Shown: positions 28,701 to 39,823 of the stretch, piece after piece
How positions within the stretch are numbered: position 1 is the first letter of the stretch
How the letters are laid out: every line of letters begins with the position of its first letter
Virus record (IMG/VR): IMGVR_UViG_3300033074_001927
Coordinates: 32,001 to 96,000 of that record
Reading direction: 5' to 3' (one strand)
From: a virus
Taxonomy: Duplodnaviria; Caudoviricetes
Length of the DNA: 64,000 nt
Notes under the pieces: generated by a model
What the model saw: only the letters and a program-made list of their open reading frames with translations
Database searches by the model: none
What the model was told of the DNA's origin: nothing
Made by a program: the position numbers and the translations under genes

Positions 28701-31700
28701 CTAGTTAAAGAAATTTCCTGTTGGTATAGACGCAACTAAGGTAGCAGGTAGTGGGAAGTAGTTGTGCGCAGGACACGCCTCTTTACTATTAACTCCGCTT
28801 GTTGTTCCTATCATTGTTCCGTATATGGTTGATATGGGGAAGTTTGACCCAATAACGAATCCATTAATGCTATCGCTAAATGTTCCACTAATGCCAAAAA
28901 GCCATCCATTTATTTCGTCTCCAACAAATCCGGCCCCACTCATGTATGCATTTATTGAACTAGCCGCTTCTTCATGCCCAACCAAGAATCCATGTATTAT
29001 AGAATCGTCAGCTCCTGCGGATACGTATCCAAAAATATGCTCCCAATAACCTGGCGGCGCCATTAGATAACCATTTATTTGCTGAAATCCATCATGTGCC
29101 TTTAGATAGCCATTAATCCAGTTGGTGCCTGGAATGACATTTGATGTTGAAGAACCTCCACCTCCTGGGCCTCCACCAACCAATCCACCTCCACTAGGAA
29201 CTAGCGCCTCACTGCCCAAATATCCCCATATACTAGATATTGGATAGTTGCCCATCAAATACCCGTTTATACTAACGCTTTCCAAATCCTCCGCGCTCAA
29301 ATAACCATTTATTATTGACTGTGGTCCAATAAAAAACTCGCCATTTCCATTCCAGCCAGGTAAATACGAATTTATATAGCTTACATCTCCAGAGGGTGTA
29401 AACATATATCCATTTATTACTTGATCGCCAATGCCAAAACGAGCATTAAGATAACCAGCTATGCTACCACTAAATACACTTTGGCCATATGTATTCACTA
29501 TGCCATTTATATAACTCTCGGCATCAAAAGCTTTTACATAACCGAATATTTGATTTTGTCCGCTTGGTATGTCTCCTGGTGCTGATGCGCCGATAATATA
29601 GCCATTTATTCCTTGATCCCAGTTTGCAAGTAAAATTCCATTGATGTTAGATTCATCCCATCCAGTCCAAACAAGCATGTAACCATTTATGGATCCAGTT
29701 GGATATGTAACAGCAAACTCGCCAGAATTGACTGCAAGCATGTAACCATTTATAGAGCCATCAGTATTGGCATATAAGTAACCGTTTATTGAACTAACAA
29801 AATCTGGATCTACAGCTGATAGTAAATATCCATTAATCGAACTATCGAATGGCGCGCCATACATGTAGCCATAAATTTGTTCTGAATAGTTTGTATTCAT
29901 GTAGCCATTTATGATGCCAGTTGCAACGCCCTGCTCACCTTTTATGAAACCGTTTACGGACCATAGTGGCGGACCCGGCACGCCACTAACATTATCTATC
30001 CAGGCCGCTCCATACGTAAACGGATCAGTCGTAGAGCCCCTTATATATTTCCATCTTGCAGTATATGTTGATGCGTCTAGAGTTGTTGTATGAGTTAGCC
30101 AATTGTTAAATGATCCAGTCACACTAAGATGAACTGTTTCTGTATTAAATTCATCTATTGTAGAAAATTCAAAAACATCATCTTGATTTTGATCAAGCCT
30201 ATAGTCAAACGCTATATACCTCTTGTTGGCATTAAACTCTTCTACGCTAATATCAAGGTCTACCTCTACAACCCCGCTTGAACCAGGATATATCCCGCTT
30301 GATGGTATTGGGCCAACTGGAGAAACTAGTCCCGATGCGTCTGCTGCAGGCTCGCTGATTAACGAAAAACCATCTCCATTTCCGTTTGTTGCGGCCAAAT
30401 AATAAAATAGCCCAGATGGGACTAGGCCATTAGCATATGATGGCTCTTCTTGCGTTGGCAGCACAACGTCATGCGTAAAATCGCCACTAGCTACCGTATA
30501 CCACGTAAAGTCTCCATAAGACCTCCATGTTGCTGGAAGCTCTCCTCGTTTTCTTCTAAACCTCTCTATATATTGGCGACGAACTTGCGGAACGTTAAAA
30601 TATGTATGGTCTGCTGTTGTAGTTTGATGTGCAGTAGTCGAAGGGCCAAACAGCCTTATTTCACTTATTCTTCTGCCGCTAGTTGTATAGGCTGTCGTAA
30701 AATTAAGCCTAACATACCTTGCGCTTATCGGATCAATGAGTTGATAGAATCCCTGCGACCCCGGCTGAACTTCTACTTCTAGCTCATTTGCAGTAAAGCG
30801 CCTAAGCCTAGTTCCAAGACTCGCATTACCAGATGGAATTGTTTGAATATAAGAAAAGTTTGTGCCATCATGCGAGGCATACAGATCTATCTGCCCTATG
30901 TCTCTATTGTTTGTGGCCGCGCTTGAGCTGCTTTGACCAACAATTTCTATTCTATCTATTACTCTACTCTTATCCATTTCAAGAGTTAGATAGCTGCCGC
31001 TACCAACAAGCCCGTAAGTATTCACATCTCCATCAAACATGAGAGGGATGTCTGCATGAAAAAACGCATCTGATACGCCAACAAATATGTTTTCGTCACC
31101 AGAGGTTGCGGTATAATCTATTTGATAGTATGGCTGATTGTAGTGTGAGCGAACGGCAGGAGACTCATCCATGTTCCATATAACTAAATTTGAGCCACTA
31201 GGATAAGTTGATGTATAGCTGTTTGTTACTATTAGTTGAGATTTAAAATCATTACCACTTGGAGCAGTAGGATGCTTAAGAGCCTTGAAGTTTTTATAGA
31301 AGCACCTTCCGTTATATCCACCAGCAACATCATGCGAAACTTGTGACGTAAAACGCATGCCGGATGGATATATGTCGGCAGGAGCCGTATAGATGCGATA
31401 GCTGGTGCCATCATGGAATGGGCGTGAAGCTGTTCTTACGATGCATTGATGGCCGGCACTATTTTTTTGTTGCCAATACCAATACATGTTGCCGTAGCTG
31501 TCAAATGAAAAGTCACAATTTGTTCCAGATCCAGGAAAGTCGCCACCAACGCCATATATACCAGACTGTGGTATTTGGTCCCGCCAATCTATAGTCGCAG
31601 TTTCTACTACCTGCCCATCATAAAGAACGGACGACCTGGAGTCTAGGCGCGTAAATGTTTGACCTCCGCTAATTTGATAGTTTCCCCACAAATCATTGCC

Positions 31701-32516
31701 AGAAGAAGAACAGGTAAAGGAAGTCAGGCCAGTATATGGCAGCGTGCCACTTCCAATGCCCATCTTGCCGCAAAACGGCTCTTCTCCAGACCCAAGGTAT
31801 CGTGGGAAAAATCCCTGAACATGCCAGAAATCAAAAGAACTATTTCTTATTACTGGTATTATTTTTCTGTCTACATCATCATAGTATGCAACACCTGCGC
31901 CATTGCCATTATCACCATCAGCATAAGTGATTGGGTAGCCTCCATTAGTGCCAGCATTATCTTCTCCTATGGTTTCTTTTAAGAAGAAGCCGCTAGAGTG
32001 CGGGTAGCCCATATAGTAGAGGTCAACGTCATTTGCGGCATCTTTTGCACCCACGATACAGGTAGGGAAAGTTGTAAATGGCAGGTCAAAGCCCGACTCA
32101 AATTCCTTTACGCTTACTGAGCCCTGAAAGCCAGGCGCGGTGCCAGAATCGCCAGCCGTGCAAAATCCAACAGGGTCGGCTTGGCCGCTAGCCTTGGTCC
32201 AGCCGCCGCCAGACTGCTTGCCCAAAAATTGGTAGCAGCCGCTATCGTTATACCTAAACACACAATGGACATGGCCGCGCGGATCCATGAATGTGTCAAA
32301 GTTGTTGTGCACACTAAAGTCGTCGATAGGCCCAATGTCCTCTGGCTCACTCCACCCATTTCCACTATTTGTTGAGCGAATGAATGCTAGGCGAGAAGTC
32401 CCCGACGCAAAAGCCAAAAACAACTCTCCGTCGTTTGGGTCTTGCCAAAACGATCTGCCCCACTGAGGCAGGCTTATGTTGTAAAGGCCAGTTACGGCGG
32501 TGGAGAAAATATACAT
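28701..32516 (-). CDS. Large tail fibre/receptor-binding-like protein (BNR-like N-terminus, discoidin-like domain, C-terminal INGY repeats)
   Basis: STNSGNGWS Asp-box-like motif; FDGD...YASHDGTNF...ARYVRL...ISEIRLFG (F5/8-like); about 25 INGY repeats. Confidence 0.65.
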   Translation of the reverse strand: MYIFSTAVTGLYNISLPQWGRSFWQDPNDGELFLAFASGTSRLAFIRSTNSGNGWSEPEDIGPIDDFSVHNNFDTFMDPRGHVHCVFRYNDSGCYQFLGKQSGGGWTKASGQADPVGFCTAGDSGTAPGFQGSVSVKEFESGFDLPFTTFPTCIVGAKDAANDVDLYYMGYPHSSGFFLKETIGEDNAGTNGGYPITYADGDNGNGAGVAYYDDVDRKIIPVIRNSSFDFWHVQGFFPRYLGSGEEPFCGKMGIGSGTLPYTGLTSFTCSSSGNDLWGNYQISGGQTFTRLDSRSSVLYDGQVVETATIDWRDQIPQSGIYGVGGDFPGSGTNCDFSFDSYGNMYWYWQQKNSAGHQCIVRTASRPFHDGTSYRIYTAPADIYPSGMRFTSQVSHDVAGGYNGRCFYKNFKALKHPTAPSGNDFKSQLIVTNSYTSTYPSGSNLVIWNMDESPAVRSHYNQPYYQIDYTATSGDENIFVGVSDAFFHADIPLMFDGDVNTYGLVGSGSYLTLEMDKSRVIDRIEIVGQSSSSAATNNRDIGQIDLYASHDGTNFSYIQTIPSGNASLGTRLRRFTANELEVEVQPGSQGFYQLIDPISARYVRLNFTTAYTTSGRRISEIRLFGPSTTAHQTTTADHTYFNVPQVRRQYIERFRRKRGELPATWRSYGDFTWYTVASGDFTHDVVLPTQEEPSYANGLVPSGLFYYLAATNGNGDGFSLISEPAADASGLVSPVGPIPSSGIYPGSSGVVEVDLDISVEEFNANKRYIAFDYRLDQNQDDVFEFSTIDEFNTETVHLSVTGSFNNWLTHTTTLDASTYTARWKYIRGSTTDPFTYGAAWIDNVSGVPGPPLWSVNGFIKGEQGVATGIINGYMNTNYSEQIYGYMYGAPFDSSINGYLLSAVDPDFVSSINGYLYANTDGSINGYMLAVNSGEFAVTYPTGSINGYMLVWTGWDESNINGILLANWDQGINGYIIGASAPGDIPSGQNQIFGYVKAFDAESYINGIVNTYGQSVFSGSIAGYLNARFGIGDQVINGYMFTPSGDVSYINSYLPGWNGNGEFFIGPQSIINGYLSAEDLESVSINGYLMGNYPISSIWGYLGSEALVPSGGGLVGGGPGGGGSSTSNVIPGTNWINGYLKAHDGFQQINGYLMAPPGYWEHIFGYVSAGADDSIIHGFLVGHEEAASSINAYMSGAGFVGDEINGWLFGISGTFSDSINGFVIGSNFPISTIYGTMIGTTSGVNSKEACPAHNYFPLPATLVASIPTGNFFN
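28807..29960 (-). repeat. About 25 copies of the peptide repeat (S/I)-I-N-G-Y-(L/M)
   Basis: Counted in the translation from SVNGFIKG to TIYGTMIG. Confidence 0.9.
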
Positions 32517-35500
32517 TAGAACCCAGAGCCTATGATGTTATTAAGTGCCGTTCCCCTATTTATCTCTACTTGAACTAATTTTTGCAAAGTAGACCTTATT
32601 TCATCTAGTTTCTTTGTTAGCTCAGATACAGTATTGTTCTTAAATTCTTCTATACCAAATCCACCAGCAAATTCATGTCTAATGACGTGAGTTAGTTGTA
32701 CTTCAAGGTCGTTTAGGTCCACTTCTATCTTATCATTCTGGATTACGTCTTTAAGAGTATTTATTGTTTCATTAAACTCTTTTGTTCGTTCACCGAATGA
32801 GTCAATAACGGTAGCGTTCGCACCAAGAGCCTCTGTATAGTCCGTTAAAACATCGTTTGTGCTAGAAATGGTCGTCTGTAGGCGCTTGTTAAAATCTGAT
32901 GCGTCGAATAGTGCCCTATCTCCAATACCAGTCTTCTCAGACAGTTCTTTTATTTTGTCAGAAAAGTTTTCTATTGAGGTTGTGCCATTTTTTAATTGCG
33001 TGGAGAGCTCTTCCGCCAACATCGCCGTCGTTCTTAGTTTTTCAAATTCTGCCTCAAGCTCTTTTGTTTTTGTGGTTATGGCGTCAAAAGCCGCTGGTAG
33101 TTTTGTGTTTTTGAATATGTTATTTTGTTCCTCTAGCACTATTTTTCTATTCTTTTCAAGATCTAGTAGAGCCGACTCTAGCCTTATTCTTTCTCCAGTA
33201 ATGTTAATGAGGCGCGTATTTTCTGCCTCGATTGCATTCAGGGCTTTATTTGCTCCTGCCTCCGCTCCTTCTCTCTGTCTAATTATATCGCCGCCCTGAC
33301 CTGGGCGTGTTACTGGCGCGCGTGCAACGATGTCGCTTAATAGTTCTGGCGGTATAATCAGTTCAATGCCTGCCTGGGCGGCAAAATCCAAACTCTTTAA
33401 TATTTCTGGCACAATGGATGGGAATTGCTTGCCTAGTTGCCTGACTCTTTCCTGCAGTATGTCCGCAACGATTGGGAGATTTTTCTCTATTTCCTGCCTA
33501 CTCAAGTCTCCGCTTCTATCAGTGTCTAGCTGTCTTGATCTGTCGCCAAGCCTTCTTCCACCGATTGTTCCTTCAAAAAGAGCCCTTAAAGAAGACGCAA
33601 GCTTTGTTGAATTTTTTACAAATTCTTGTGGAGAATTGATGATAAGCTTGCCTACTTCTGCCTCTTTCTTTATCCTGGCATCCAGTATGGAGATTAGTTC
33701 TTTTTGTTTTTGCAGCTCTATGCGACGTTCAGACAGTATAGCTTGTACTGACTTTTCTTGGTCAGACAATAATTTTTTGTCTTGCTCAATTTTGTCAGTA
33801 AGTGCTTGAACCTCTCTCTTCAAGTTGTCTTCTTTAAGCCTTAATTCAGTAGAGTCGGCAGTTATTAGTTGTTGTTGAACCTGAAGAAGTTCTTTGAATT
33901 TTTTGCTAACGTCTTGAACATCAGCATTTAGTGCCTGAAAGCCCTTTTGTCCTGGTCCAAAATTATTTCTACGAGCATCAATGCCTCCAGCAACACCTAT
34001 TTTGGCTATAGAATTTGCGACGAGTCCAAGGCTTTTGCTTATTTCAGATACTTGCTCGCCAAATGATTGCGGCAATATAGAAAATCTTTCACCTTCCCTA
34101 ATTCTTGATCTATCGTTTTGTTGTGTAGCACTAGTAAGGCGTAGTCCAAATATGTCGCTCAATAGTTTTCTAGATTCTTCTGCACTAGACCTTAGTTGGT
34201 CTGCACCAGCTTTGTATGACTCAAATATTCTCTTGGCAGAATTTTCAGAGGCAGTAAGAAGCTTTTCTCGTTCCTCTATTTGTAGCTTAATTAGTCCTAC
34301 GGAAGCCTTAAATGTAGATGTTTGAACCTTGGAAAGCTCCCTTGTTGCCGTTGTTATGTCAGAGATGTTGCCCTTTGCTTGCGCATCAGTGAGGGCACTT
34401 ATCCTGATTGCAGACTTAATAGCCAGAGCTTCTAGTTCTGACCTCAGCTGCAATTTGTCAAATTTAACATCTATATTAATTTGTTCTTCTTCAGATATTC
34501 TCTTTATCTTTCCAATAGTATTTTCTATTTTTCTTAAGCTATCTATGCCAGCAGATCGTATTTCACTAAATATCGAAACATCTTCTAATCGGCTTTCAAT
34601 TCTTAGCCTTCTCTCTGCATCGTCCGCTTCTGCTTTTGATAGTTTTGCAGAAACGAGCCTCAGTGCCTTGTTTTTTTCAAGCAACGCATTCTGCGAACCT
34701 TCTGTAGAAAGGCCGATCAGCCGATTTTGTTGAATGCGGTTTTCTAGTTCAGATATCGACGACAAAAGTCCTTCACGCGTTCTCAGTGCATCTTTTATTT
34801 CTTTAGATGCTCTTTCTTCTGCCGCTCGCTGAGACTCTATTTGTCTGGCCGTGCTAGCCCTTGCCTCATTAGCAATTCTTAACTGCCTATCTCTCTCTTT
34901 AGATCGAGCGGTCTCCTTTAGCCTCTTCTCAAGATCATTTTGTCCACCAAGGCTAAATAGTGCATCTCCAATAGATTCGGCCGCCCCCCCTACAAGGCCT
35001 AGTATTCCACCAATGACGGCTCCTTTTGGCCCAAACGCAGATCCAAGTTCTGCGCCAACGGCCGCGCCAAATCCTGCACTAGCAACACGTTCATTCCCAC
35101 TAAACGAAGCAGCGGCACCTCCAGCAGCAATTATATTTCCTGCATTGCGTTTAGCAAAAGCAGCGACTCTGTTTGCAGCATTTGTTTTTTCTAATATTGT
35201 ATTTCGTATTGATGCTTCCTGCTTCAATAACAGATTTCTTTGAGCGATAAGGTTGTTTACCCCACTCTCTGCACGAGCTATCTGTCCACGAGTTGCTACA
35301 GAAGATGTTTTTAACTTATTTACAACCTCTTCTTGAGCTACTATTTTTGCAGAAGTTTTCTGTATATTTTCTTGTATTTTATTATTCTGTAAATTAAGAG
35401 CGAGCGCTTCTTTTTGCGTTATTAGCTTATTCTTCTCCAATTCGGTCGTAGCATTTATTAAATTTTCATTATCCTTACCGGCAAAAGACAGTCCAGAGAC

Positions 35501-38500
35501 CTTTCTTATGTCTTTAGAAAAATTAGTAAAATTGATAAATGGTGTTGCAAGAGCTCCTGCTGCGCTTTTAGCTAGTCTTGAGAAAACAAGTGTCGCGATA
35601 GCCCCGAATGTTTTAGCAGCATTGCCAGAAGCTATAAAAGCATCTATGAACGTCCTTAAATCATTTATGGCGCCGGCCAGTCCGGTAGTTAGAGATTTTA
35701 CTATTTCTGTTGCGCCAGAACTTTTAGCCAACCTAATTATTGCATTTTCTAACCTATTTATTGAAGTTGAGGCGTCTTCAGCTACAAATTCTGTAGCATT
35801 AAAGAGAGCCAACACCTGTTGTGCAGAATTTTCAGAAGCAATTGCCGCATTTCCAAATTTCTTAAATGATGCCTCGACTTCTCCGATAACAGACGCGAAG
35901 GCTATGATGTCAGACCTTTGATCAGTATCTCCAAGTAGGCGAGTTAGTGGCTCTACAGCTATCGTGCCGCTCGCCCTCTGAACTTCTTTAAATACATCAA
36001 TGACTGTTTGAAATGATTTTAACTGTCCACCTTCTGTTGCAATATCTATTCCAGTTAGTTTTTCAAGCTCTTCCCTGCTTTGCAATATTTTGGTTGTTAC
36101 CTGCCTCAACACAGTTCCAAGCCTAGAGGCGTTTGTGCCAAATGTTTTTGCGGCTATAGCAGAGATGGCCAACGACTGATCTATATTGAGGTTTTGAACA
36201 TTAAGTGCCGCAGAGCCGAAGCGCGTAAGAACCGTAGCCAATCTCTCAACGTCAAAAGATGTTTGAAGTGATACCGTGCCTAGTTTTGCTGCAACAAGTA
36301 GCGCGTCATCTGACGATAGTTTAAATTGCGCAAGCGTTGCATTAAGTAATTCTGCGGCCGTGTCTGCGCTTAATGCTCCACCCTCAAGCTTTGTTAGTGC
36401 TGTTACAGCCTCAAGGAACCTGCTGGGGTCTCCTCCTGCATCAAATGTTTGCTGGCCAATTCTAGCGACAGTATTGGCCGCTTTCGCAACATCTTTAACG
36501 CTAACGCCAAATTTATCTGAAAGATTAATTAATGAATCAAAGTTCTTTTGAAGAGTTCCTTTGATTATTTCACTTTGCTTTATTTTTGAATTAAACTCAT
36601 CGATAGACTGGCTGCCTATAGAAAAGAATGTTAGGCGCCTTATTTCTTTATCCAAATTTATTATTTCTGTTACTGCATTACGAAGCGCACCTATTGTGAG
36701 AAACAAAAATGCTGCTGGCGTGCTCCATGCCGCAAGTCGAACTGCCGCCAAGCCGGTTCTTTCTGCAAAACTCTGCATTGACGCATTGCCAATTTTTAGC
36801 TCGCCATTTATTCTAGAAATAGTTTTCTCGAACCTTGACAGACCTCCATCATCAAACGGGTTTGTCCCGCCTCCAAATCCTCCGCTAGCACCTCCTCTAC
36901 CACCTCGACCACCACCGCCGCCGCCGCCGCCGCCAACACCAAATGATTTTGAAATAGATGACAGTTCTGATTGCAGTTTTGCATTTATAGATGCTACTGT
37001 GTCCGACAGTCTTCGTCGTTCAATAGTTTCTTTTTCAACGGCCCTTATTCGTTGTTTTTCTTTTGATACAGCATCTCTATAAGACATTCTTAGATTGTCT
37101 AGTTCAATAGATAGCCTATCCTGGCTAGCCTGAGATGACCCAAGACCTTTGAGATCTCTGGCGCCAAATTTTACCTGCCTAATAAGGTCTCTGGCTTGGT
37201 CAAAATTGCCAGCAGCTATTGCGCTAATGGCGTCATTGCGGGCCGTTACAACCTGTTGTATTTTTGCAACACGCAAGCGAGTATTTGCGGCTATATTTGC
37301 CGCAGCCTCTTCTTTCTTAATGGCCTCTCTTAAACTATTTATTTCCATAGTCAAAAAGGCTCTGGCTCTTTTTCCAGCCTCTGTTTGAGGTATTGAATTT
37401 CTTATTGAAATTGCTTCAATAACAAGTTGTTTTGCAAGATCAATTTGTCCATTTTTAAGCGCCTCCCTAGCCCCACCATCATCTCCGCCAAACGGACCAC
37501 TAAGCCTAGAAAATGCAGCAGTGGCAGTCGCCGCAATCCTTTCTCTCTTGCTTTGATTCAATATTTTTTGTTTTTGTATGTTTAGTGCCGCCTCTACACC
37601 TCTTTGTGCCGCAACTATGCGCCTGTCTGCCTCTCTTTTTCCCTCAGGATCTTTTGCATTCGCGGCCGCAACTCTTGATGCCTCTAGACTGGCTGCAGCC
37701 TCGGCAATTTTATTTTGAGCTATAAGAGTCTCGGCCTCTCTTATTTTATCAATTGCGTCTTGCCTACTGACTGTTGATTTTGCAGCATTTGCCTGCTTTC
37801 TAAGCTCGCCTTCTAGAGAGTTCGCCTCCTTGTTTATTTGCTTAAATATAGAATTGAGAACGCGAAGATTGCGGCCGTTTACTTTTGCGTTTTCGGCATT
37901 TTCAATAACAGCCTGAGCGTTGCGTTTAATTGCTTCAACTACTGTAGTATCTCCCCTGGTTTTTGCGCCAGCCAGCTGTACTGCGATCGCATCCAAATTC
38001 GCCTTAGCGCTAGCAAACTCCGCTTGTCTCCTTGTTCTTTCGTTAATTGCCGCCTGATTTTTTTCTGCAGCCTTAACCAGCACCTCTTGTGCGGCCAGGC
38101 TTTTATTGAGGTTTGCGCGAAGCGTAGCCTCGTCATCTCCAAAAGTTTTTGATTTATCAAAAGACTCCCTGGCCTTATTTAGCGCTTCTCTGGAGCCGGC
38201 AGTATCTCCACCTCTTAGACGTCTTTCGGACTCCTGAAGACTTGCGGCTGAACCTCCAAGCAAATCTCCCCTACCTCTTCCAATGGCAATAGGATCTCTT
38301 ATATTTTGATTAAACGATGATGCAACAGAGGCGGAGGCTCCTTTAGTCTCTTGAGCTAGCTGCTTTAAATATCTGTTCCATTCAGATATAAAATTAACAG
38401 ACCGCTGTTGTTCTGTCTGCATCTGCTTATTTATTCGCTTTTGAATTTCGGCGTCTCTAGCAGATTCTCTTTCTAGCTCCTCCTCGGTCAATCCTCTTCT

Positions 38501-39115
38501 TCCGGTAGTTTCTCCTTTTTCATTTCTTACAGATGCTACGCCAATGTTTGCGGCAGCCAACTTGCCAGGATCTAATTGAACACCGCCAAGACGAATCTGT
38601 TGTTTCAGCAAATTTGAAAAAGCGGCCGGAGCTCGCGCTATAGATGCTGCCGCTAGTGCTGTGCTTTGTTTTAAGTCCTCTAGCCTATCCCTGCTTTCAT
38701 TGTGTGCCGCAGTAGCGTTACGAACAGCCGTAACATATCCGCTAATCTGTCTTGCAGCCTTCCTGTCTCCGTTTGCCGCAGCAATTCTAGCATCTTCTAG
38801 CTTCTGCGTTGCCTCAGCCAGTCGTTGACTACTTGTCATTGACTTAGCCTCTTCTGCTGCGACCGCTTCTCTCATCCTAGCAATTGCTTCGTCAGCCTTG
38901 CTCTTTTTCATCGCCTTTCTGACTATGGACACATCTTCGCCGCGCTGACTAGACTCGTCTGCGCGAGCGCCGCCTCTTCTTGCGACAATGTTTGGCTCAA
39001 TTCTTATCGGTATTCCTAGTTTAGAAAATGCCGTCTGAATGCTGTTAGATATATTCCTGACAGAGTTTTTGCCTAGAACAAGGTCTATTTGAGCTTGTAT
39101 TTGCGGATCAGCCAC
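32516..39115 (-). CDS. Tail tape measure protein
   Basis: 2199 aa, Ala/Lys/Glu/Arg-rich helical; TMP core (LSDKFGVSVKDVAKAA...), hydrophobic Gly/Ala segments; directly downstream of the tube and chaperone genes. Confidence 0.9.
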   Translation of the reverse strand: MADPQIQAQIDLVLGKNSVRNISNSIQTAFSKLGIPIRIEPNIVARRGGARADESSQRGEDVSIVRKAMKKSKADEAIARMREAVAAEEAKSMTSSQRLAEATQKLEDARIAAANGDRKAARQISGYVTAVRNATAAHNESRDRLEDLKQSTALAAASIARAPAAFSNLLKQQIRLGGVQLDPGKLAAANIGVASVRNEKGETTGRRGLTEEELERESARDAEIQKRINKQMQTEQQRSVNFISEWNRYLKQLAQETKGASASVASSFNQNIRDPIAIGRGRGDLLGGSAASLQESERRLRGGDTAGSREALNKARESFDKSKTFGDDEATLRANLNKSLAAQEVLVKAAEKNQAAINERTRRQAEFASAKANLDAIAVQLAGAKTRGDTTVVEAIKRNAQAVIENAENAKVNGRNLRVLNSIFKQINKEANSLEGELRKQANAAKSTVSRQDAIDKIREAETLIAQNKIAEAAASLEASRVAAANAKDPEGKREADRRIVAAQRGVEAALNIQKQKILNQSKRERIAATATAAFSRLSGPFGGDDGGAREALKNGQIDLAKQLVIEAISIRNSIPQTEAGKRARAFLTMEINSLREAIKKEEAAANIAANTRLRVAKIQQVVTARNDAISAIAAGNFDQARDLIRQVKFGARDLKGLGSSQASQDRLSIELDNLRMSYRDAVSKEKQRIRAVEKETIERRRLSDTVASINAKLQSELSSISKSFGVGGGGGGGGGRGGRGGASGGFGGGTNPFDDGGLSRFEKTISRINGELKIGNASMQSFAERTGLAAVRLAAWSTPAAFLFLTIGALRNAVTEIINLDKEIRRLTFFSIGSQSIDEFNSKIKQSEIIKGTLQKNFDSLINLSDKFGVSVKDVAKAANTVARIGQQTFDAGGDPSRFLEAVTALTKLEGGALSADTAAELLNATLAQFKLSSDDALLVAAKLGTVSLQTSFDVERLATVLTRFGSAALNVQNLNIDQSLAISAIAAKTFGTNASRLGTVLRQVTTKILQSREELEKLTGIDIATEGGQLKSFQTVIDVFKEVQRASGTIAVEPLTRLLGDTDQRSDIIAFASVIGEVEASFKKFGNAAIASENSAQQVLALFNATEFVAEDASTSINRLENAIIRLAKSSGATEIVKSLTTGLAGAINDLRTFIDAFIASGNAAKTFGAIATLVFSRLAKSAAGALATPFINFTNFSKDIRKVSGLSFAGKDNENLINATTELEKNKLITQKEALALNLQNNKIQENIQKTSAKIVAQEEVVNKLKTSSVATRGQIARAESGVNNLIAQRNLLLKQEASIRNTILEKTNAANRVAAFAKRNAGNIIAAGGAAASFSGNERVASAGFGAAVGAELGSAFGPKGAVIGGILGLVGGAAESIGDALFSLGGQNDLEKRLKETARSKERDRQLRIANEARASTARQIESQRAAEERASKEIKDALRTREGLLSSISELENRIQQNRLIGLSTEGSQNALLEKNKALRLVSAKLSKAEADDAERRLRIESRLEDVSIFSEIRSAGIDSLRKIENTIGKIKRISEEEQINIDVKFDKLQLRSELEALAIKSAIRISALTDAQAKGNISDITTATRELSKVQTSTFKASVGLIKLQIEEREKLLTASENSAKRIFESYKAGADQLRSSAEESRKLLSDIFGLRLTSATQQNDRSRIREGERFSILPQSFGEQVSEISKSLGLVANSIAKIGVAGGIDARRNNFGPGQKGFQALNADVQDVSKKFKELLQVQQQLITADSTELRLKEDNLKREVQALTDKIEQDKKLLSDQEKSVQAILSERRIELQKQKELISILDARIKKEAEVGKLIINSPQEFVKNSTKLASSLRALFEGTIGGRRLGDRSRQLDTDRSGDLSRQEIEKNLPIVADILQERVRQLGKQFPSIVPEILKSLDFAAQAGIELIIPPELLSDIVARAPVTRPGQGGDIIRQREGAEAGANKALNAIEAENTRLINITGERIRLESALLDLEKNRKIVLEEQNNIFKNTKLPAAFDAITTKTKELEAEFEKLRTTAMLAEELSTQLKNGTTSIENFSDKIKELSEKTGIGDRALFDASDFNKRLQTTISSTNDVLTDYTEALGANATVIDSFGERTKEFNETINTLKDVIQNDKIEVDLNDLEVQLTHVIRHEFAGGFGIEEFKNNTVSELTKKLDEIRSTLQKLVQVEINRGTALNNIIGSGF

Positions 39116-39118
39116 GCG

Positions 39119-39823
39119 CTATTCCTTTTTGCGGCGCACCTTTTTAACCGGTGTGGCGTCTTCTACCGCCTCCGCAACTTCTTGCTTCTTGTCTTCTGCT
39201 TCTTTTTTAGCAACATCCTCTAACCATACGTCTTCTGGGAATGATGTCGCAGCAGACGCGTCTATGCCATAATTCAATTCAATATTATGCATTAAGGCCT
39301 GCAGGTATGCGTCTTTGGCAATCTGTTCTTGCGTTCTAGACAAAAAATCATCTAGAGAATTAAAAACCTTTTTGCCACTATCATAATACACTACGCATTC
39401 AGATGCCCAGTATTGCAACCTATATTCGTTTGCAACCGATTCTGCCGTGCTGTCATATATACTACTTATCTTTTGCGTAAGCTCAGATAGGGAAGCTCTA
39501 CTTATTTTAAGTTTGGCCGCCTTTTCCATTAACTGGTCTTCTGTATACTTATCTCGCTCGTCTTTTGCAAAAACGCCCTCTAGTTCTTTTACAAGCTCAC
39601 GAAGGTCTCCAAAATTCTTGTCATCCTCATCATCCCAAAGTCCATTTTTCTTCATTAGCTTTGTTGCCTCGGCCGTTGTAATTATGCCGTGGCGCAAACA
39701 TTTAGAGAAGTATTGCTTAAATACAAAGTCGCTGTCTGCCAAAACCTTTTGGGTTGGCTTAATAAACTTTAGCCGCACATCTTTGCCATCTTTATCCTGT
39801 GATACAAATTCCTTCAAACTCAT
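39119..39823 (-). CDS. Putative tail assembly chaperone (short paralog)
   Basis: Immediately upstream of the TMP; aligns by eye with the N-terminal half of 40125..41300. Confidence 0.55.
   Translation of the reverse strand: MSLKEFVSQDKDGKDVRLKFIKPTQKVLADSDFVFKQYFSKCLRHGIITTAEATKLMKKNGLWDDEDDKNFGDLRELVKELEGVFAKDERDKYTEDQLMEKAAKLKISRASLSELTQKISSIYDSTAESVANEYRLQYWASECVVYYDSGKKVFNSLDDFLSRTQEQIAKDAYLQALMHNIELNYGIDASAATSFPEDVWLEDVAKKEAEDKKQEVAEAVEDATPVKKVRRKKE

Noticed and set aside
32100-32500. Locally raised GC (~54% by hand count over 32101..32340) at the start of the fibre gene as a recent acquisition
   Set aside because: The stretch is short and Gly/Ala-rich, the capsid and tube genes also look GC-richer than average, and no boundary repeats were found.
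36914-36934. (GGC)n microsatellite as a phase-variation site
   Set aside because: It is a triplet repeat encoding the poly-Gly linker, so slippage would not shift the frame.
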